From Dictyostelium discoideum (lineage: Eukaryota), in the NCBI GenBank assembly GCA_000004695.1, contig CM000152.2:5952001-6016000 (forward strand): DNA of 64,000 nucleotides. Direction: 5' to 3'. Below, one piece after another: positions 36,705-49,268 of the stretch. Position numbers and translations under genes: made by a program. How positions within the stretch are numbered: the stretch's first letter is position 1; each line of letters begins with the position of its first letter. The notes beneath the pieces are model-generated. The model did no database searches and was not told where the DNA came from. It saw only the letters and a list, made by a program, of their open reading frames with translations.

Positions 36705-37281
36705 CAAATAATTAATAATTTATTTACTAAAATAATATAATATTATAAACAGTACTTGTGGGTAAAATTTTAAATTATATAGAATTAATTAATTTTTGTA
36801 TTGGTAATATTAGTCCATCTATTCATGGTAGTGCTATTGATTCATTAACCGATTATTTCACAAATATTCGTTTTGTTTCAAATGATGTTGTATCTCAAAT
36901 ATTTGATTTTGATTTAGTTTTAAAAGAAACTGATATAACTTTAAATTTATTATTAAAATCTGATTATCAATCATGTAAGTTTTTTCATTTTTTTTTTTTT
37001 TTTTTTTCCTTTTCTCTTTTTTTTTTTTTTTACTAACTTTTATTATTATTATTTATTATTTATTATTATTTATTATAGCAATCGATAAAATCTTAAAATT
37101 ATTATTTATTATTATTCAATTAACAAATTTAAATGAAGATTTAAAAAAGAGATCAACTATTATATTCAAAGAGAAATTCTCATCAATATCATCAATTGAT
37201 ATAATTTTACAACAAATATTTAATGTTTCAAATACTTTCGAAATGTTTGAAAAATATGTTAAACCAATTTGTAAACAATAA
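33770..37281 (+). CDS. karyopherin-beta family protein (importin-N-terminal-like domain; exportin-like, possibly exportin-6-type), 4 exons, ~1056 aa
   Basis: Exons 33770-33841, 33938-36611, 36753-36974, 37079-37281 (all GTAAGT donors; phases 0/1/1). N-terminus …VSAVLNQFIQNPLALGRVDDLLRSNNSDNIRFFGLTVLENNVIKK… fits the IBN_N pattern of importins/exportins; rest is long helical-repeat-like sequence with N/Q tracts. Specific orthologue not determinable by eye. Confidence 0.75.
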
Positions 37282-37440
37282 AAAAAAAAAAAATTACTTT
37301 TTTTTTTTTTTTTTTTTTTTTTTAATAGAAATAAAAAAAGAAATAAAAAATCTAGATTTATATAAATATTAAAGAAAAAAGTAGTTTTTAAACCTTTTTT
37401 ATTTTATTTTTTTATTTTATTTTATTTTTTTTTATTTATT

Positions 37441-38577
37441 TTAATTTCTATTAATAATTGAATGAATAGAAAGTGATCTTGTTGAACCCCATCTTCTTTT
37501 TGCTTCTTCTAAATCTGGTTGTTTATACCAATTTGGATAAGGTAAATCAGGATTGAAACGATAATTTAAAAATACTTCTTGATTTTTAATTGGTTTAAAT
37601 GCAATCAATAATAATGATCTACGTAATACAGAAGTATCATTAAATATTGAATGTTCAGTGACTGTTTTATTTGGAATATATTGAGATAAATGATTTGGAA
37701 AATTGCTTCTAAAATTATAACTATATGCAATAACATTTGGTTCTTTAGTTTGATCAGTATCACCATCACCATCTTTAGTAATAATTGGTGGATGATTTAT
37801 AAAGTTACCAATTGCAAATGGATTTTTATAACAAAGTAAATCAGTACCACTTGATTTTGTACCAAGTTTTTTAAAGAATTTCTCTTTTAAAATTAATTCA
37901 TCAGCTCGTTTATTCCATGACCTACCATCAATTACTGTGCCATCGTAACGTGATATCATATAATCGTTGTCTGAGATTACATTGGACGGGATATTATCAC
38001 CATCGTATGTGTCACCTGGGTAAATCGCAATGACCGTGCCTGGCACACACTCACCCTCGATGTGCACACCGTAACCTGCTTCCTCATGATTGATGTCAGA
38101 TTTTCTGACATGTAATCTAAATCCACGTGGATGGTCGATTGGGTTACCTTGATTATCTGTCTCTTTGATTTTTAAACATCTCTTTACCTTTTCCTCCATT
38201 GAATAGTATGGTAAATCTTTTAATGGCGGTGGGTAACTATTTTCACCACCATATGAATGTATCAATTCAAACATTTCCATAATTTGTGAATCGATTATCT
38301 CTTTGATTCTATTCTTTTGTTGTATATATTTTGGTGGGTTGTCAATGATTTTATCGAGGTTTTCTTCATTCTCTGTGAATTTCTCGAAATTACCATCATA
38401 TTCATAATAACATGATCTATAAGTCTCAGTTGCAATGTAAGCTTTAAATGTATCAATCATCTCTTGATCACCTTGTGAATAAAGTTGTTTACCATCATTG
38501 TTATTGATTTTACCTTGATTATTCTTTGAAAATTTTAATCCAATATTACGAATTGAATTACTAATTCTATTTATCAT
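37441..38577 (-). CDS. hypothetical protein (378 aa) with possible SET-like domain
   Basis: uninterrupted ORF; segments EEAGYGVHIEGECVPGTVIAIYPGDTYDG and AIGNFINHPPIITKDGDG resemble SET-domain GxG and NHSxxPN motifs; assignment weak. Confidence 0.75.
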   Translation of the reverse strand: MINRISNSIRNIGLKFSKNNQGKINNNDGKQLYSQGDQEMIDTFKAYIATETYRSCYYEYDGNFEKFTENEENLDKIIDNPPKYIQQKNRIKEIIDSQIMEMFELIHSYGGENSYPPPLKDLPYYSMEEKVKRCLKIKETDNQGNPIDHPRGFRLHVRKSDINHEEAGYGVHIEGECVPGTVIAIYPGDTYDGDNIPSNVISDNDYMISRYDGTVIDGRSWNKRADELILKEKFFKKLGTKSSGTDLLCYKNPFAIGNFINHPPIITKDGDGDTDQTKEPNVIAYSYNFRSNFPNHLSQYIPNKTVTEHSIFNDTSVLRRSLLLIAFKPIKNQEVFLNYRFNPDLPYPNWYKQPDLEEAKRRWGSTRSLSIHSIINRN

Positions 38578-39307
38578 TATGTCATTGATTTAAATATATA
38601 AATAAAAAAATAAAAAAAATATTAAAAAAAAATTAAAAAATAAAAAAAAAAAATTCGAAATTATTTTTTCCATTTTTTTTTTTTTTTTAAACAAAACTAA
38701 AAAAGAAAATCTGGTAAATCATTTTTTTTTTTTTTTTTTTTTTTCTAATTATTAAATATCCATTATTATTTTTTTTATTATTTTTTTTTATTTTTATTTT
38801 TATTTTTATTTTTATTTTTATTTTTTTTTTTTTTTTTTTTTTTTTTTTGAATTTACTCAAATATTTTTTTTTACAAAATTCAAACAATAAAATATAATAA
38901 AAAATAATTAATAATAATAATTGTAAAAAAAATAAAAAAAATTAATAAATTAAAAAAATATATATTTTTGGATCAATAAAGAATTTTTTAAATTAAAAAT
39001 CAAAAGAGAATTATTAATAAAATTTTATTTGCTAAAAATTATTTTATTGTTTTATTGGTCAATTATTATCATTTTTTATTTTTATTTTTTTTTTTTTTAT
39101 TTTTTATTTTTTTTATTTGGGCGAAAATTAAAAAAAAACAAAAAATTCTAACATAACTTTTACATAGTTTTATGTAAAAATTTTTTTCAATCGCATGCGC
39201 AGAAATTTTTTTTATTTTTTTTTTATTTTTTTTTTTCAGTTCGGTTAAATTGAAAAAACCTTCATTTTTTATACCCTTTTCCAATTTTTCGTAATAAGTA
39301 GACAAAG

Positions 39308-40503
39308 ATGGCCGATATTCAAGTGCGTAGCGAATTTATGTCTTTTTATTTCTTTATTATTTCTTTTTTTTTTTTTTTAATTTTTTTTTTTTTTATAGAT
39401 AGAAACACATAATAGTTATTGAATAGAATTATATTTTTAAAAAAAAAAAATAATAATAATAATTATAAAAAATAATAATAATTATAAAAAAAAATAATAA
39501 TAACAAAAAAAAAAAAAAAAAATAATAATAATAATAAATAAAAAAAAAAAAAAAAAAAAAATTAAGAGAAATGTTGGAAAAAAATCAATTATTTTGGAAT
39601 CATTAATATCCATACATTAAATATCAGAAACAGGTTAGATTTCCATTATAAAAAAAAAGAGACACATTTAAAACAAATTATTAGATTATAAAGAAAAAAA
39701 AAAACGAAAAAATAAATAATTTTTTTTTTTTGATTCACAATAAAATAATCACAGTTACAGGTAGAAAAATTAATTAAGTGGACAAAGAGATAGAGGAACT
39801 AAAATAATTTACAACCACAACATTTCTCGGTTTTTTTTTTTTTAAAAAAAAAAATTGTACAGATAAAAAAGATATAAAACTATTATGTGTTTAGAGTGGA
39901 TTAAAATCTTATTTTCTTTTTAAAAAATTATTTTATTTGTTATTGTAAAAAAAAAAGAAATATTTTTATATATATTTATTAAATTTAGCAAATTATTAAT
40001 ATCAATTTTTTTTTTTATAATTTTATTTTTATTTTTTTTAAAAAAAATAGGCTGAAAAAGCTTTCCAAAAGCAACAAGTTTCTTTCAAAAACAGATTCCA
40101 ACTTAAAGCCAGCAAAGGTAAAGAAGGTATCAGATATTACAAAAATATCGGTCTTGGTTACAGAACCCCAAAGGATGCCATCGAAGGTACCTACATCGAT
40201 AAGAAATGTCCATTCACCTCAGACGTTTCAATCCGTGGTGCTATCCTCCGTGGTACCGTCATCTCAACCAAAATGAGAAGAACCCTTGTTGTCAGAAGAA
40301 ACTATCTCCACTACATCAAGAAATACAACCGTTTTGAAAAGAGACACTCCAACATCCCAGCCCACGTTTCACCAGCTTTCAACGTAAAGGAAGGTGACTC
40401 TGTTACCATTGGCCAATGTAGACCATTATCCAAAACTGTCAGATTCAACGTCATCAAACACGATATCTCTGCTGCCTCAAAGAAACAATTCAAAGCTTTC
40501 TAA
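39308..40503 (+). CDS. rps11: 40S ribosomal protein S11 (uS17), 2 exons with a 5-codon first exon and ~730-nt intron
   Basis: Exon 1 39308-39322 ATGGCCGATATTCAA (MADIQ, as in human RPS11 MADIQTER…) then GTGCGT; exon 2 40051-40503 ([17 protein letters not shown]…[82 protein letters not shown]…[16 protein letters not shown]…KKQF); 155 aa. Confidence 0.9.
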
Positions 40504-40718
40504 ATTTGAAAAATAAATAAATAAAAAAAGTTTTGGTTTTATATTAAAAAAAAAAAAAAAAAAAAACATTATTTATTTTATTTATCAAATATATAACTGA
40601 GACAAGAAGTGACAATATTTGCAGAGTATTATAATAAATATACAAGAATGTACAAGAGCTTTTTAAAAGTAATGAAAAAAAGAGCAGAGAGAATAAACAG
40701 AAGCGGAAAAAAAGAAGT

Positions 40719-40892
40719 ATGAATTTAATAGATTTAATATTAATGGCAATATACGTAATAGGAATATCCGGTTTAATTTTTAATAAAAATAATATTATTA
40801 ATATATTAATAATATCAGAATTAAACTTAAGAACATTAGGGATGTTATTTGTGTTATCTTTTATATATATATATATATATATTTATTATTAA
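40719..40892 (+). pseudogene. probable nuclear copy of mitochondrial nad4L (NADH dehydrogenase subunit 4L) N-terminal fragment (NUMT), truncated by a (TA)n tract
   Basis: 57-codon ORF MNLIDLILMAIYVIGISGLIFNKNNIINILIISELNLRTLGMLFVLSFIYIYIYIYY*: two-helix ND4L pattern (…G.SGLI.N…N.I..L…E…..G..F) comparable to ND4L of other organisms (e.g. human …[32 protein letters not shown]…); nad4L is mtDNA-encoded in Dictyostelium; sits 215 bp after rps11 stop with no introns or signal features of a nuclear gene. Confidence 0.45.
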
Positions 40893-41045
40893 TTTTTTTT
40901 TTTTTTAACATTTTAAAAATGATCAGATTTTTGATTGAGGATTCTGTTTTTTATTTTTATTTTTTTTATTTTTTTTCATTTTTTTTTTATTTTTTTTATA
41001 ATATTTTCACACACCAAATCAAATCCAGGTATTTTAATAATAACA

Positions 41046-41891
41046 ATGAGCCATCTTAGAGGGTCAATTAAAAAAATTGATGAAGCATTAAGTTTGAAAT
41101 GGATAAAATTAAATAAAATTACTTATATTGATTGTAAAGGAAATGAAAGAGTATGTATGATGATGATGATGTTGACGATGACAGTGATAGTGGTATTGAT
41201 GGGATTAAAAAAAAAAAATACAAACTTTAATTCTAATTATAATAATAATAATTTTAAAAAATTAAATAGTTTTGGGAATCAGCATCAAGAACTACAAAGA
41301 AAGGAGATACAGATGGAGTTGATATATTAGCAACAGTGAAAAAAGATGGTAAAAAATATTTAATTGTTGTTGTTCAATATAGAGTTCCAGTTGATAATTT
41401 AGTGATTGAATTTCCAGCTGGTTTAGTTGATAATGATGAAAACTTTGTAAATTCTGCAATTAGAGAATTAAAAGAAGAGACTGGTTATAGAACAACTCCA
41501 GATAAAGTATTATTAACATCACCAATTTTACCATTGGAATGTGGTATGAGTTGTGCTAATGCTAGAATGGTTGTAATTGATGTATGTAATTTTAAACATG
41601 ATTTATAAAATTTTTTTTTTTTTTTGTATTTTCTCCCCCAAATTTTAATCCATTTTTTTTTTTTATTTTCATTTTATTTTTTTATTTTATTTTTAAAATA
41701 TAAATTAGTTGGAGGAAACAATTTGTGAAGAACAAGAATTAGAAGGTTCAGAAAATATTGATATATTTTATTTACCAATGGATAATTTATTTAATGAATT
41801 GGAGGAATTAAGAAAGAAATTAAATTGTGTTGTTAGTATTCAATTATATACATTTGCATTGGGTTTAAATTTTAATAATTTTTTTAAATAA
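41046..41891 (+). CDS. Nudix hydrolase, NUDT5-like ADP-sugar pyrophosphatase, 3 exons, ~199 aa
   Basis: Exons 41046-41150, 41270-41581, 41709-41891 (two GTATGT donors, phase 0). Collinear with human NUDT5: KWIKLNKITYIDCKGNER / FWESASRTTKKGDTDGVDILATVKKDGKKYLIVVVQYRVPVDNLVIEFPAGLVDNDENFVNSAIRELKEETGY (Nudix box GX5EX7REUXEEXGU) / C-terminal …IDIFYLPMDNLFNELEEL…LYTFALGL. Confidence 0.85.
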
Positions 41892-41979
41892 AAAAAAAAA
41901 AAAAATAAAAAAAAAAAAGAGAAATCTTATTATTATTATTATAATTATATATATTATTTAAAATTTATTATTATTTTGT

Positions 41980-42522
41980 CTATTTCTTTTTCTTTTTAAC
42001 ATCTTTATAAACAATTTGAGAAATATTTCTAATATCTAATGAATTTGTAGGTTCGAAATAATTTGAAGCACCAAATTTCAAAGAAGTGGTTCTACCTTCT
42101 TCAACAGAGATATCAGTTGGTTTTAATGGATTTGATCTTTTCTCTGGGTACATACCAGTGATAAAAATTGGAATTTTACCCATAAATTCAATTTCTGGTA
42201 TCCATTGGAAAGGAATATCTTCAAAGGAGATTCTATCATTGGTAGTGAATGCAATGACAGCAGCATCGGCTTGTTCGTATTGAAGTGCACGAAGTCTTGA
42301 ATAACGATCATCACTTGAAGTATTTACAAAAGTGAAATGAATTGGTTTATTATCAATTTGAATAATACCAGTGAAAATCTTTTCAAAATCATTCTCTGCT
42401 TCAATTCTACAATCTTCTAAAGCAGACATACAATATTCAATTAATAATTCTTTATCTTTTGTTTTATCACCTGCAATTACAATAATTATACTATCACCTG
42501 TACAAACAATTTATAAAAGTAA

Positions 42523-42562
<40 letters not shown>

Positions 42563-43716
42563 AATAAATATTTACTATATTTCTTTTTAATTGGTTTCTT
42601 TATATTTGAAGATGAAGGAATTAATGATTTATTAATTGGATTTTCAGTTGATTGTTGTAATTGATTTTCTTTTTTTTTCTTTTCTTTTTCTTTTTCAAAT
42701 TGTTTAACTCTATTAATAAATTCAGAATCTCTTGCATTTAAATTTTCTTCTTTCTTTTCAATATTTTTTAATTTTTCATTTAATTTCTTTTTAGATTCTT
42801 CATTGATATTATTGATTCTTTCATCCAATTTCTTTTTAGATTCTTCATTGATACTATTGATTTCTTCTTCTAACTTTTTCTTTGATTCCAATTGAATAGA
42901 GTTCATTTTCTTTTCCATTTCAAGATTAACTGTTTTCATTTTCAATTTAACTTGGTCATCAATCATTTTTTGATGTTCAGCTTTCATTCTTTCGGTTTTG
43001 ATATGATTTTTCTTTCCAATTAAGCATTTGTTAATTGATTCAATGATACCAGTATTGATTTTATTACCTTTAATTGTTAATGCTAAAAAACGATATTTAA
43101 TGAATTCAGGATTCTCGAATTGATGAAGGAAAGCATTGGCACCAGCATCACCAATTCCACAGAAAAACAATGAAAGATTCTTTAAACGACTTGAACCATT
43201 GATTAATTTGGATAAAATGATAGCACCTTCATTGGAGATTTTATTACTATTTAAATGAATGGTTTCTAATGTATGATTGACTGATAATGCATCTACTAAA
43301 TATTCCATTGATTTACCGGTTATATCACATTCAGAGATATATAATGATTTAAGTACACATTGTTTTGATTTCAATGATTGACATAATAATTTTAAACCTT
43401 GATCACCAATTGGATTATTATCTAACTTTAAGAATAACAAATAACGATTACTTTCAATACCTTCACATAAATGTTTTATACCTATATCTGTAATACTATT
43501 ACTTGAGAGATCTAATGATGAAACAATAGCTTGCTGCCCTAAAGCTTTGGAAATAGTTTTTACACCTTCATCACCCAAATTAATATTTTCTAACTTTATT
43601 AATGGGTGTGATTTTCCATTCATTAATACTTTAGAAATGGTTTTTGGATCATGATCACCAATCTTTTTAAAAAGATGACCTGCAGCTTCTAATGATACAC
43701 AATTATCATATTCCAT
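41980..43716 (-). CDS. RNI-type leucine-rich-repeat + coiled-coil protein; proposed to be spliced to a C-terminal P-loop-less Rho-like pseudo-GTPase domain (single gene, 2 exons, ~544 aa)
   Basis: Exon 1 43716-42576: LRRs (LDLSSNSITDIGIKHLCEGIESNRYL…LKLDNNPIGDQGLKLLCQSL…LNSNKISNEGAIILSKL…FCGIGDAGANAF) then coiled coil with repeated INEESKKKL units, ending …KKKY-a|GTAAAT. 105-nt intron. Acceptor aattgcAG at 42471; exon 2 42470-41980: SDKTKDKELLIEYCMSALEDCRIEAENDFEKIFTGIIQIDNKPIHFTFVNTSSDDRYSRLRALQYEQADAAVIAFTTNDRISFEDIPFQWIPEIEF… which aligns with Rho/Rac (…[37 protein letters not shown]…AKWYPEV…) but lacks the P-loop and has NTSSD in place of DTAGQ. Phase (1) and reading frame are consistent. 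The unspliced alternative makes the LRR ORF end in poly(A)-encoded [10 protein letters not shown] and leaves a start-less Rho-like ORF only ~95 bp downstream. Confidence 0.5.
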
Positions 43717-43939
43717 TGTTTCTTTTTTTTTTTTTTTTTTTTTGATTTTTTTTTTTTTTTTTATTATTTATTTATGTATTTATTTTAATTTATAATATAA
43801 TTTTATAGAATTATGATGGAAAAAAAAATATATATAAATAAAATTTAAAAATTAAATAAATACAATTATATATAATTATAAAGTAATAAAGGGAATAATA
43901 AATTTAATAAACTTTTTTTTTTTTTTTTTAAATTATAAA

Positions 43940-43986
<47 letters not shown>

Positions 43987-44204
43987 GGAAGGTTAGATTA
44001 ATAATCCTTTTTTTGGACTTTAAAAAATTACTGTAATTTTTAAAGTCTTTAAAAAAAAAGTTTTTTTTGTAAAAAATAATTTTATAAAAAAAAAAAAAAA
44101 AAAATTATTTAAATTTTAATTACATTTTATTTTGAGTTATAAAACACTATTTTTTTAAAATAAATTAAATAATATTAAATAAAATTATTAATAATGTATT
44201 TTAT

Positions 44205-44241
<37 letters not shown>

Positions 44242-44775
44242 ATAATAATTACCATCTAACAAGTATCGAGTTCGAAGGATATTAAATAAAAAAATGGATA
44301 TATATAAATAAATTAAAAAAATAATAAATAAGTAAATAAATAAATAAATAAATAATAAATAAATGTTATACAAAAGGTGTTGATATTTTTTAAAGGGAAA
44401 AAAAAAAAAAAAAAAAAACTATTTTAGTAAATTTTTTTAAAAAAAAAAAAAAATAAATAAAAAAAAAAAGAATTTTAGTAATTTTACTTCCCAATATGTT
44501 TTTTTTTTTTTTCATAGTTATGCTTTTAAAACACATATTAAAATTAATAGTAAAAATAAATCACACTGTTTAAAAAATTTCCATATCTAGTGGGGTTAAA
44601 AGTAAAAAAAAATAATTATTTTAGATTTTTTTTTTTTTTTTTTTACCAATTTAAAAATAGTTGTACACACGCAATAAGATTTTTTTTTTGTTTTTAAAGT
44701 TTTAAATTTATTACTATTAAGATTTCTTTTTTTTTTTTTTTTTTTTACTTTTTTTTTTTTTACCTTATTATTTAT

Positions 44776-44813
<38 letters not shown>

Positions 44814-44863
44814 ATTACTTTTCTTATATATATAGTGATACTAAATTAATAAATTAAAATTAA

Positions 44864-46409
<1,546 letters not shown>

Positions 46410-47478
46410 CTTTTTTATATTGTTATTGTTTTATTGTTATTGTTGTTGTTGTTGTTGTGGTGGTGGTGGTGGTATAGTGGTGGTTGAGGTGGTAGTAGAA
46501 GTTTAATATATTGTATTACTATTATTACTATTGGTACTATTGCTAAAGGTCGGGTCAACTTAACACTAATGAATCTTGAGCAATGATAATTGATTGTAAT
46601 AAAAAAATAATAAAAAAACAATAATATTTCTATATATTTTTTTTTTTTTACTATTTATTATTTATTATTATTATTATTGGTAATAATAAACGAGTTTATA
46701 GTTAGTATGATAACAATAAAACGTTTGGTGGCGATTATAACAACAGTTATGATGTAAAACTTTTTTAGTGAATTTGACACAACGATGATGTTTTTTTTTT
46801 TTTTTTTTTTTTTTTTGGTTTTTTTTTTTTTTGATTTTTTTTTTTTTTACAAATTTTTTTTAGAAAGAAAAAAAATAAAAGTACATACACAAAAACGAGG
46901 GTATATTTTTATTTTTTTTTATTTTTTTTTTATTTTTTTATTTATTTTTTTTTCTTCCAAAAAAAAAAAAAAAAAAAAAAAAAGAGAGAAGGATAATTAT
47001 GTATGTGTAGATAAAATTACTAATTATCAAACATAAACCAAAAAATTTATAAATAGTTTTTTTTTTTTTTTCTGCTTTTTTATTTTTTAATTTTTTTTTT
47101 ATTTTTTTTTTTTTTTTTATTTTTTTGTGTTTTCACATTGATTTTTTTCTTTTTTGTTTTAAAAAATGAAAAATAATTTAAAAAAAATAGAAATTGATAA
47201 AAAAAAAGATATTTTAAAAATAGTTGGCACAAAAAAAAAAAACCTAAAAAAAAAAAAAAAAGTCAAATATCTAAGACGAGTTATTATGAGAAAAGTGTGA
47301 TTTGAATCCGATTGGGTGTATGCAGCGCTTGAAAAAATAAAAATAAAAAAAAATATTTTTAAAAAAGGAAAAACAAAAAAATAAAAAAAAGAAGCAAACA
47401 AAAAAAAAAAAAAAAAAAAAAAGAAAAGCAAACTGAAATAAAATTAAATAAAAATAAAAATAAAAATAAATTGTAATA

Positions 47479-47766
47479 TTATTGGCTATCAATAAGTTTG
47501 CTTTTGTTGTTTAAAAATGGGTTATTATTATAATTATTGTTGGTATTGTTTTGATTAAAATTATTATTATTATTAATTGTTAAAGGTATAAATTTCTTTT
47601 GGTTTGTTGATTTTTGTTCAAATTTAAGGTTGTGATGTTGTGAATTATTAATTTGTTTTGGTGGCGAAGGTGTAGTAATTAAAGCATTTGGAATCACAAA
47701 ATTATTTTGTGAAACAGAGTATGCAAAATATAGAATAACAATATTTGAATAGATAAATGTTCTCAT
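47479..47766 (-). CDS. hypothetical small secreted protein (95 aa) with signal peptide and N-rich tail
   Basis: MRTFIYSNIVILYFAYSVSQ signal-peptide-like N-terminus; G-box-like element ~290 bp upstream (48044-48072). Confidence 0.4.
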   Translation of the reverse strand: MRTFIYSNIVILYFAYSVSQNNFVIPNALITTPSPPKQINNSQHHNLKFEQKSTNQKKFIPLTINNNNNFNQNNTNNNYNNNPFLNNKSKLIDSQ

Positions 47767-47891
47767 TTGTTTTAGTCTGTTGTTTTTTTTATTTTTAATT
47801 TATTTAATTTTTTTAGTTTTTTTTTTTTTTATTAAAAAAAATAATTATAGGTTTTATTTATATGATTAATATAATATAATATAATAAAATG

Positions 47892-47932
<41 letters not shown>

Positions 47933-48043
47933 ATATTTTTGATAAATAAAATAATAAAAAAAAAAAAAAAAAAAATAAAAATAAGAAAAAAAAAAAAAAA
48001 AAAAAACAAAAAAAAAAATAGAAAAATAATAAAAAAAAAAATA

Positions 48044-48072
48044 AGTGGGATGGTGTGTGGTTGTGGGGTGAG
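48044..48072. promoter_or_regulatory. G-box-like element (agtgggatggtgtgtggttgtggggtgag) upstream of the 47766 minus-strand start
   Basis: G/T-rich island in poly(A) desert; resembles GBF-binding G boxes; inferential. Confidence 0.25.
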
Positions 48073-48292
48073 TTAATAATACTATCAAATTATTTGAAAA
48101 AAAAAAAAAAAAAATCATTCCAAAACAATGAAAGATATTTTATTGCTTTTTTTTTTTTCTATTAATACATCATTTATCTAAACTTTACTTTTTTTTTTTT
48201 TTAAATTTTTTTGAATATATTGTTTGAATATATAAATATTACTTTTTAAATAAATATAGTATTATAATTATGTAATTGATTAACTTTGAATA

Positions 48293-48323
<31 letters not shown>

Positions 48324-49078
48324 TCAACAGAAATTGTCAATAAAAAAATCAAACTTGAGGAAATCTATTAAATTGATTTAAAAATATTAAATTAAATTTT
48401 ATTTTGGAATTTCTTTATTTGGAAAATAAATTAATTTAAATTTTTTTTTTAATTTTTTTTTTTTTTTAAATTAATTTTTTTTTTTTTTTTTTTTTTTTTA
48501 AATGGTAATTACACAAAATGGTTAAAAAAAAAAAAAAAAAGAAAAAAAAAGTAAAAAAATTAATTCTAGTAAAAAGGAAAGATCTACCTTTATTAATTTT
48601 TTTTATTTTTTTTTTTAAAATCGAAAAATATTTTGAATAAAAAAATAAAAAAAAATAAAAAAAAAAATAATAAAATAATTAAAATTAAATAAATCAACAA
48701 AATTGAAAATATCTATTTTTTTTTTTTTAGTAGCCAACCAAACAATTAATTAAAAAAAAAAAAAAAAAAAAAAAAGTTATTAAATATTTTAAATTTAATT
48801 TTAAAAGAAATAATTAAGAATAATTATTTTTTTTTAAATTTCAGAAATGATTATATAAATTTCTATTTTCATAAAAATGGGAAATATAAAAAAAATTTGG
48901 AATTTAATTTTTTTTTAAATTTTTTTTATTTTTTAAAACATCACCACGCAATTAATTATTTTTATTTTCATATTTTAATATTTTTTTTTTTTTTTTTTTT
49001 TTTATTAAACATTAAAAAAAAAAAAAAAAAATAAATATTCATTCATTAAAATCATAATAATAATATAAAAATTATATA

Positions 49079-49232
49079 ATGACAGAGGTTGAAGAAAACT
49101 TTTTTAAATCAGTTGATTTACATAAAGATTTTTCAGAAGATTTAAATAGAGTTAAAAATTTTAAAGAAAGAGCAATTAAAAATAATGCAAAGGTTATTTT
49201 AATTACAGTAAGCTAGATTGATCCCATTATCA

Positions 49233-49268
<36 letters not shown>

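Noticed and set aside
39069-39305. 78-aa minus-strand ORF
   Set aside because: Lies entirely inside the rps11 5' intron and is K/N/F low complexity.
42471-42500. Apparent P-loop-like stretch GDSIIIVIAGDKT upstream of the Rho-like ORF
   Set aside because: Arose from a mis-read. The correct sequence (…gtgatagtataattatgtaattgcag…) contains an in-frame TAA and is intronic. The Rho-like module therefore has no P-loop.
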